NCBI GenBank assembly: GCA_027339965.1
Contig: DAHWNL010000065.1
Coordinates: 1 to 23,077, forward strand
DNA: 23,077 bases
Direction of reading: 5' to 3'
Source: Granulicella sp.
GTDB lineage: Bacteria > Acidobacteriota > Terriglobia > Terriglobales > Acidobacteriaceae
Each line of letters begins with the position of its first letter. Position 1 is the stretch's first letter. The notes beneath the pieces are model-generated. The model made no database searches and was not told the DNA's origin. It saw only the letters and a list, made by a program, of their open reading frames with translations. Both the position numbers and the translations under genes were made by a program. Shown here one piece after another: positions 18,755-23,077 of this stretch.

Positions 18755-18859
18755 TTCCCTCAGCAGCGGCTGATTTGCATCGCCGGAGGGTCGCTCGACC
18801 GGTATGGGAAGAGGCGTGTTCCGCCGCGGCGCCAGAGAGATCTTCCCAAGGATGAAGCT

Positions 18860-20704
18860 TCAGGGAAGCCTGGGGTGTTCGGCGGGAAGCTGAACGGCAA
18901 CCACGCCCTGACCCTCTCGCACGGTATAAAAGCGGTCCGCCGCCAGATTGGTCAGCGTCTCCTTGCTCCCATTGGGCCACAGGATCTCTGCTCGATCCAG
19001 CGTTGCATGGCTGCCCAGCCCGAAGTGCAGGCGCAGATCGCTTTGAGAAAGGTAGCTTCCCCCGCTGCGCACCTCGCCGAGCTGCGCCAGATCGCCCGAC
19101 ACCGCCCGGACACGCGCATTCAGCGCCAGACGATTGCACTTGACACCCTCCAGTTGAAAGCTGATCCAATGATGCTTCGGCCCGCCTGTGGGACGGAGAA
19201 TCATCGGCTGGCCCACCAGGTTCTCCACCACCGCTTCCATGCGGCCGTCATTGAAGAGGTCGCCGAAGGCGACTCCGCGGCTCACCTGAGGAACCAGCAG
19301 CGCCTCTCCAACCCTCCAACTGATGTTCTTGAAGGTTCCGTCGCGCTGATTCAGAAACAGCCGCTTGGGTTCCAGAAAACGGGAAGCCGTGGGCGCGTGA
19401 TCGATCTGCGGATACACATGGCCGTTGGCCTGGAAAAAGTCAGCCCAGCCGCTGTTGGCAAAGTCCACAAAGTCGTCTCCCCAGCCCACATATCCCTGGG
19501 TGCCGCGGGCGATGCCGGAGTTGACGGACACATCCGTAAAGGCCATGCCGCCATCATTCCGGTAGAGCGAGGTGTACTCCACATCAAAGTGGGAGACGGC
19601 GATCGAGAGGCGTCCGGTATGCAGATAGTCGCCCAGGGCGACGCCCATGTTCGCCTGCTCCACACCGTCCTCATTGGCGGCCACGCCGGCCAGCAGAGCC
19701 ACGTCTTCAAACCGTCCGTTGCCGTCGTTCTGATAGAGGTAGTTCTCTCCTCCATCGTTGGCCACAAACAGATCGAGCTTGCCGTCATCGTTGAAGTCCG
19801 ACCACACGGCGGTGAGGCCGTGGCGATGGCCTGAACCTGCCACGCCGGCTTGTCGGGAGACATCCGAAAACGTTCCGTCGCCGTTGTTGCGGTAAAGGTT
19901 GTCGGGCAATCCGGGCAGCCCGCGCGGACCGCATTGCACATCAATTCCTAGGTATTGGCAGGGCTTTTTCAGCGCGCCCGATGTGGGCAGGCTGTGCAGA
20001 TCAAAGTCCACATAATGCGATACGAACAGATCCGCCCAGCCATCGCCGTCGTAGTCCCCGAACGCCGCGCCGGTGGCCCAGCCGGCATCCGCGCCAAGTC
20101 CGCTCGCCTGGGTGACATCGGTAAAGGTGCCGTCGCCGTTGTTGCGGTAGAGCACCACACCGTTCAGGCAGGTCACCAGGATGTCCGGCCAGCCGTCGTT
20201 GTTATAGTCGCCCACCGCAACGCCCATCGCCCAGCCGGGATAGCCCACTCCCGCCTTATCGGTAACATCGGTGAAGGTTCCATCGCGGTTGTTGCGGAAC
20301 AGGGCGCTGCGCGCCTTGACGCCGTGCAGCGCCATGTCCACGCTCTGGGCGTTGGTAAAGTAGATGTCCAGCCAGCCGTCGCGGTCGTAGTCGATCAGCG
20401 CGACGCCTCCGCTCATGGACTCGGAGATGAACTTCGCCTCCGGGCTGGAGCGGTGGTCAAAGTGAATGCCGGTCAACTTGGTGATGTCCACCAACTGAGG
20501 ATAGTTCGGCAGCGGGCCAGTCTCCTTTTTCTCCGCCTCAGCCTTGGCGCGCTCCGCGGGAGACAACGGGGTGGGAGCACCCATCTGCCCCTCCATGGCG
20601 CCCTGCCGGGGCCAGAGGAAGAGAAAGCCCGCCAGCTTCAACAGAAACTCCCGCCGCGGCCTTTCCAGCCTCGCGCGGCCGCTCGCTCCAACCTTAGGTG
20701 TCAT
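18860..20704 (-). CDS. CRTAC1-family protein (FG-GAP/VCBS repeats + ASPIC/UnbV domain)
   Basis: Repeated DYDxDGWxDI / LYRNNGDGTFTDVT motifs and C-terminal GGSYLSQSDLRLHFGLG. Likely start ATG 20704 with Tat-like PRREFLLK. Confidence 0.92.
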   Translation of the reverse strand: MTPKVGASGRARLERPRREFLLKLAGFLFLWPRQGAMEGQMGAPTPLSPAERAKAEAEKKETGPLPNYPQLVDITKLTGIHFDHRSSPEAKFISESMSGGVALIDYDRDGWLDIYFTNAQSVDMALHGVKARSALFRNNRDGTFTDVTDKAGVGYPGWAMGVAVGDYNNDGWPDILVTCLNGVVLYRNNGDGTFTDVTQASGLGADAGWATGAAFGDYDGDGWADLFVSHYVDFDLHSLPTSGALKKPCQYLGIDVQCGPRGLPGLPDNLYRNNGDGTFSDVSRQAGVAGSGHRHGLTAVWSDFNDDGKLDLFVANDGGENYLYQNDGNGRFEDVALLAGVAANEDGVEQANMGVALGDYLHTGRLSIAVSHFDVEYTSLYRNDGGMAFTDVSVNSGIARGTQGYVGWGDDFVDFANSGWADFFQANGHVYPQIDHAPTASRFLEPKRLFLNQRDGTFKNISWRVGEALLVPQVSRGVAFGDLFNDGRMEAVVENLVGQPMILRPTGGPKHHWISFQLEGVKCNRLALNARVRAVSGDLAQLGEVRSGGSYLSQSDLRLHFGLGSHATLDRAEILWPNGSKETLTNLAADRFYTVREGQGVVAVQLPAEHPRLP

Positions 20705-20897
20705 CCGGATCGTCCGCCTGCATCTCCGGAATAGCCGTATCGACGCGTTTGCTGCACCGGCGCTTCTCTCCATTGCCTTGATCTGCGGCAAGCTGCGCCT
20801 GCCGGCCCGCACGCGCCCCAGCCAGGCACAGCCCCGCGCCCGAGAACAAAACCGGGCACGCAAATGGGCTGACGAAGGTAGAGAGCATAGCGTGAGA

Positions 20898-20927
20898 ATT
20901 ATAGAGGACCGCGGGGCAAAAGGTCAG
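20898..20927 (-). promoter_or_regulatory. possible sigma70 promoter of the CRTAC1 gene
   Basis: Minus strand CTGACC-N18-TATAAT. Confidence 0.35.
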
Positions 20928-20989
20928 CCCGCACCATGGCTCGCGGCAGGGCAATCCTATCTCACACCAGCTCCAGGCGACAGTGTGGG

Positions 20990-21012
20990 CCACAAAGCGG
21001 CCCACAAAGCGG
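20990..21012. repeat. 12-bp-period tandem duplication (CCACAAAGCGG)
   Basis: Direct read of the sequence. Confidence 0.85.
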
Positions 21013-21025
21013 TCCAGATGCGCCG

Positions 21026-21275
21026 GACCAGTGGATGAAGCTGAACATGCTCAACTCTGACGGCTCGATCAGCACCTGTTACGACGTCGACGAGCGCGAG
21101 ATGAAGTGCGTGGTCTTCATCAGGGAGAGTTCGCGCGGTGGTTGACAAGAGCAAGGACAAATACACGATGACTGCGCGGGTCACGGCAACAATCGAGAAG
21201 ATCCTTCTGCCTGCCCTGCCCGACGCCATCCGCCGGGCGGAGGAAGAGGCTGATGTGTATCAGGCGGCGGTCTGA
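21026..21275 (+). pseudogene. frameshifted 3' remnant of an unidentified gene
   Basis: GC3-rich coding-like sequence: WMKLNMLNSDGSISTCYDVDEREMKCVVFI, frameshift near 21120-21135, then VVDKSKDKYTMTARVTATIEKILLPALPDAIRRAEEEADVYQAAV*. Confidence 0.5.
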
Positions 21276-21434
21276 GATCTCAGCCGTTCTATCAGAGCGG
21301 CAGGAGCCTACCGGAGCGACTTGGAGGTGGCTCAATGCCGCGCCTGATCGTAGTGGGGATTCCCAGACTGCGGGGCGGGGACGATGTTAACCGACAGACT
21401 CCGCCTGGGAGGGGGTCGCTGAAGCAGAAGCAGT

Positions 21435-22503
21435 CTACTCCGATCGTTCTCGAATCCAGAGCCGGAATATCCGGTCCGAGATCACAAAAGAGCGTCCCTC
21501 GCGGTCAATGATGTCGCGCTTGAGAAGCGCGCCGCTGATGCGCTGTGAGGCAGACGGGTTCCCGAGCTGGTACTTGTTGACAAACGCGGCGCTGTAAGCC
21601 GCCACGGTCTTGTTTTCAAGGGCCAGTCCACGGAGAAAACGCCGTTGATGGACGGTGAGTGTTTCCCATAGCGTGGAGTAGGTCCTTTCTTCCCTGGCCA
21701 TAAGAACCTGCATCCCGGCCTTCAGTTGTGCCTCCGTGACCGCCTCGCCAGGACTTAGCTTCTCCCAAATGACATGGCAGATATGTTGAGTGTGGAAGGG
21801 ATGCCCCTCGGTGATCCCGCAAATCTTTGCGATAAGGGTGTCATCGATGTGTTTGCCGCTTGCCTCGAACTTTTGCCGAATGAACGGGAGCCAGTGCTTC
21901 AGCTCAATTGGACCCACCGGAAGATGTTCTGCGGCACTATAAAGCGGACGCTTGCTGTTCAGGAGCATCTCTTGGAGTGAATGCTTCTGACTGCCAAGAA
22001 AGATGTAGGCGACATTCTTCTGCGTCTGGATGATGCTGCGCAGTAGCCGCTCTACGTGGTCATCGCCATATTCTAGAATGCGCTGCATCTCGTCGAACAC
22101 GACAACAACCTTCTTCCCTGTTTCCTTTGCGATCCGCTGCGGGACAGCCAAAATCTCCTCAATGTTCTGCTTTGCCTGTTCCCGCGTGGGGTTGTAGTCG
22201 AAGCTGACCACTGGCTTGCCGTCCTCGTCGAGGGAGATCTTCGGGGCAAACCGGGAGAAGAACCTCTTTGCAGTCTCGAGCACGCGAGCTGCGTCAGAGC
22301 TTGTCGCCAACGAAATGCCGCGGGCGGTGGCCGTGATAAATGAACCCTCGTCGTCCGTGGCCCAGAGATCGATGTACGCAGCGAGATACTTTGCAGGGTC
22401 AAGACCACGGAGAACGCGGAGGACAAGCGACGTTTTCCCCATCATGCGCTCCGAGTAGAGAAAGGCGCGCAGCGAGTTGCTGATGGCGCGCGCCAGGTCG
22501 GCA
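21435..22503 (-). CDS. AAA+ P-loop ATPase (archaeal-ATPase/ATPase_2-like) with C-terminal wHTH-like region; native N-terminus apparently lost
   Basis: Walker A-like YSERMMGKTS, Walker B VVVFDEMQ, YIFLGS, TEGHPFHTQ and C-terminal DRIFRLWI. The frame stays open to GTG 22613, but the sequence upstream of ADLARAI is not family-like. Confidence 0.75.
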
Positions 22504-22873
22504 CTCTGACCGAAGTCCCCATGCTCCGCAGGCAATGTCGCTGAATGCAGCCTCTCCCATCGTCCGTTGCCCGGCGGCGGAAAGTCTCGCACCTGCGACC
22601 CTGCCGAATGCACTTCTTGCAGTCGTCGATCAAGGATTCAAAAACATCAAGGCAAATGGCATGTATGTTCCGCAAACACACCACATCAGAGAAAAAGCTA
22701 TGAAAATGCCATTCGTTGGGGAAATTGGCATGCTCCCATAAATACGGAAGTGCCCCTATGAAGCAACCATTGCGATTCGGATACGTACCAGAGGTCGCAA
22801 AGCTCTCCGACGGTGTGCCTTTGTTCTCTAGTCTCCGGCCAGCACGGATTCGCGCTGCAAAGGAGAAATCGCA

Positions 22874-23077
22874 ATGTCCAGGAAAACCATCTGCAAAACA
22901 GTCCTCACCGTCGCTCTCGGGCTCGCCGCGTGTACTGCTCCCATAACCCGGACGGCAGCGCAGTCCACTACCTCGTCCTCGTCGGGAAGTTCATCGGTGG
23001 CCAGCAGCTCCTCCGGGGGCTCCGGATCGAATATCGTAACGGGAACCGATCCAGAGCCCGACTATGTTGGAATCACA
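22874..23077 (+). CDS. Exported Ser-rich protein with GTDPEP motif (partial, runs off the right edge)
   Basis: Not in the ORF track. AAGGAG RBS, ATG 22874: MSRKTICKTVLTVALGLAACTAPITRTAAQSTTSSSSGSSSVASSSSGGSGSNIVTGTDPEPDYVGIT... Signal peptide with a possible LAAC lipobox or TAA-Q cleavage site. Confidence 0.75.
   Translation, partial: MSRKTICKTVLTVALGLAACTAPITRTAAQSTTSSSSGSSSVASSSSGGSGSNIVTGTDPEPDYVGIT

Noticed and set aside
18875..20734. Long + strand ORFs (319 aa, 259 aa) opposite CRTAC1, and similar ORFs opposite the GGDEF and PKS genes
   Set aside because: Antisense shadow ORFs typical of high-GC coding DNA.
22657..22671. TGGCATGTATGTTCC as a sigma54 promoter for the GTDPEP gene
   Set aside because: The -12 element is TTCC rather than TTGC, and it lies about 200 nt from the start; too weak.
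22758..22793. MKQPLRFGYVPE on the + strand as an inverted N-terminus of the ATPase
   Set aside because: Only weak resemblance to NPFxFG, no following F..R..E motif, and no flanking inverted repeats; likely chance.

Overview
GC-rich bacterial chromosomal window, probably Acidobacteriota/Terriglobia (inferred from the Oar-like TonB-dependent receptor with an N-terminal carboxypeptidase-regulatory-like domain and the CRTAC1/ASPIC-UnbV protein). Left: a probable sugar-acid uptake/catabolism locus (Tat-exported uncharacterised protein running off the left edge and missed by the ORF track, KguT-like ACS-family MFS transporter, KdaD/XylX-type FAH-family dehydratase, DoxX membrane protein, TonB-dependent receptor), interspersed with decayed IS5, IS3, ISAs1 and IS256 fragments and followed by a frameshifted PD-(D/E)XK nuclease-like remnant. 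Middle: a type III PKS + SAM methyltransferase + DUF2306 + FAD-oxidoreductase cluster (likely phenolic lipid/alkylresorcinol-type product), split by a convergent secreted-protein gene. Right: a PAS-GGDEF-EAL protein, a CRTAC1-family protein, a gene remnant and a 5'-damaged AAA+ ATPase. The two least explained elements are (i) a small apparent sigma54-dependent unit (dyad, IHF-like site, -24/-12 box, hairpin-rich leader, 38-aa hydrophobic ORF, downstream hairpin) at ~15568-15929 and (ii) an exported Ser-rich protein with a GTDPEP motif starting at 22874 and cut by the right edge. All family assignments come from motif recognition by eye; no searches were run.
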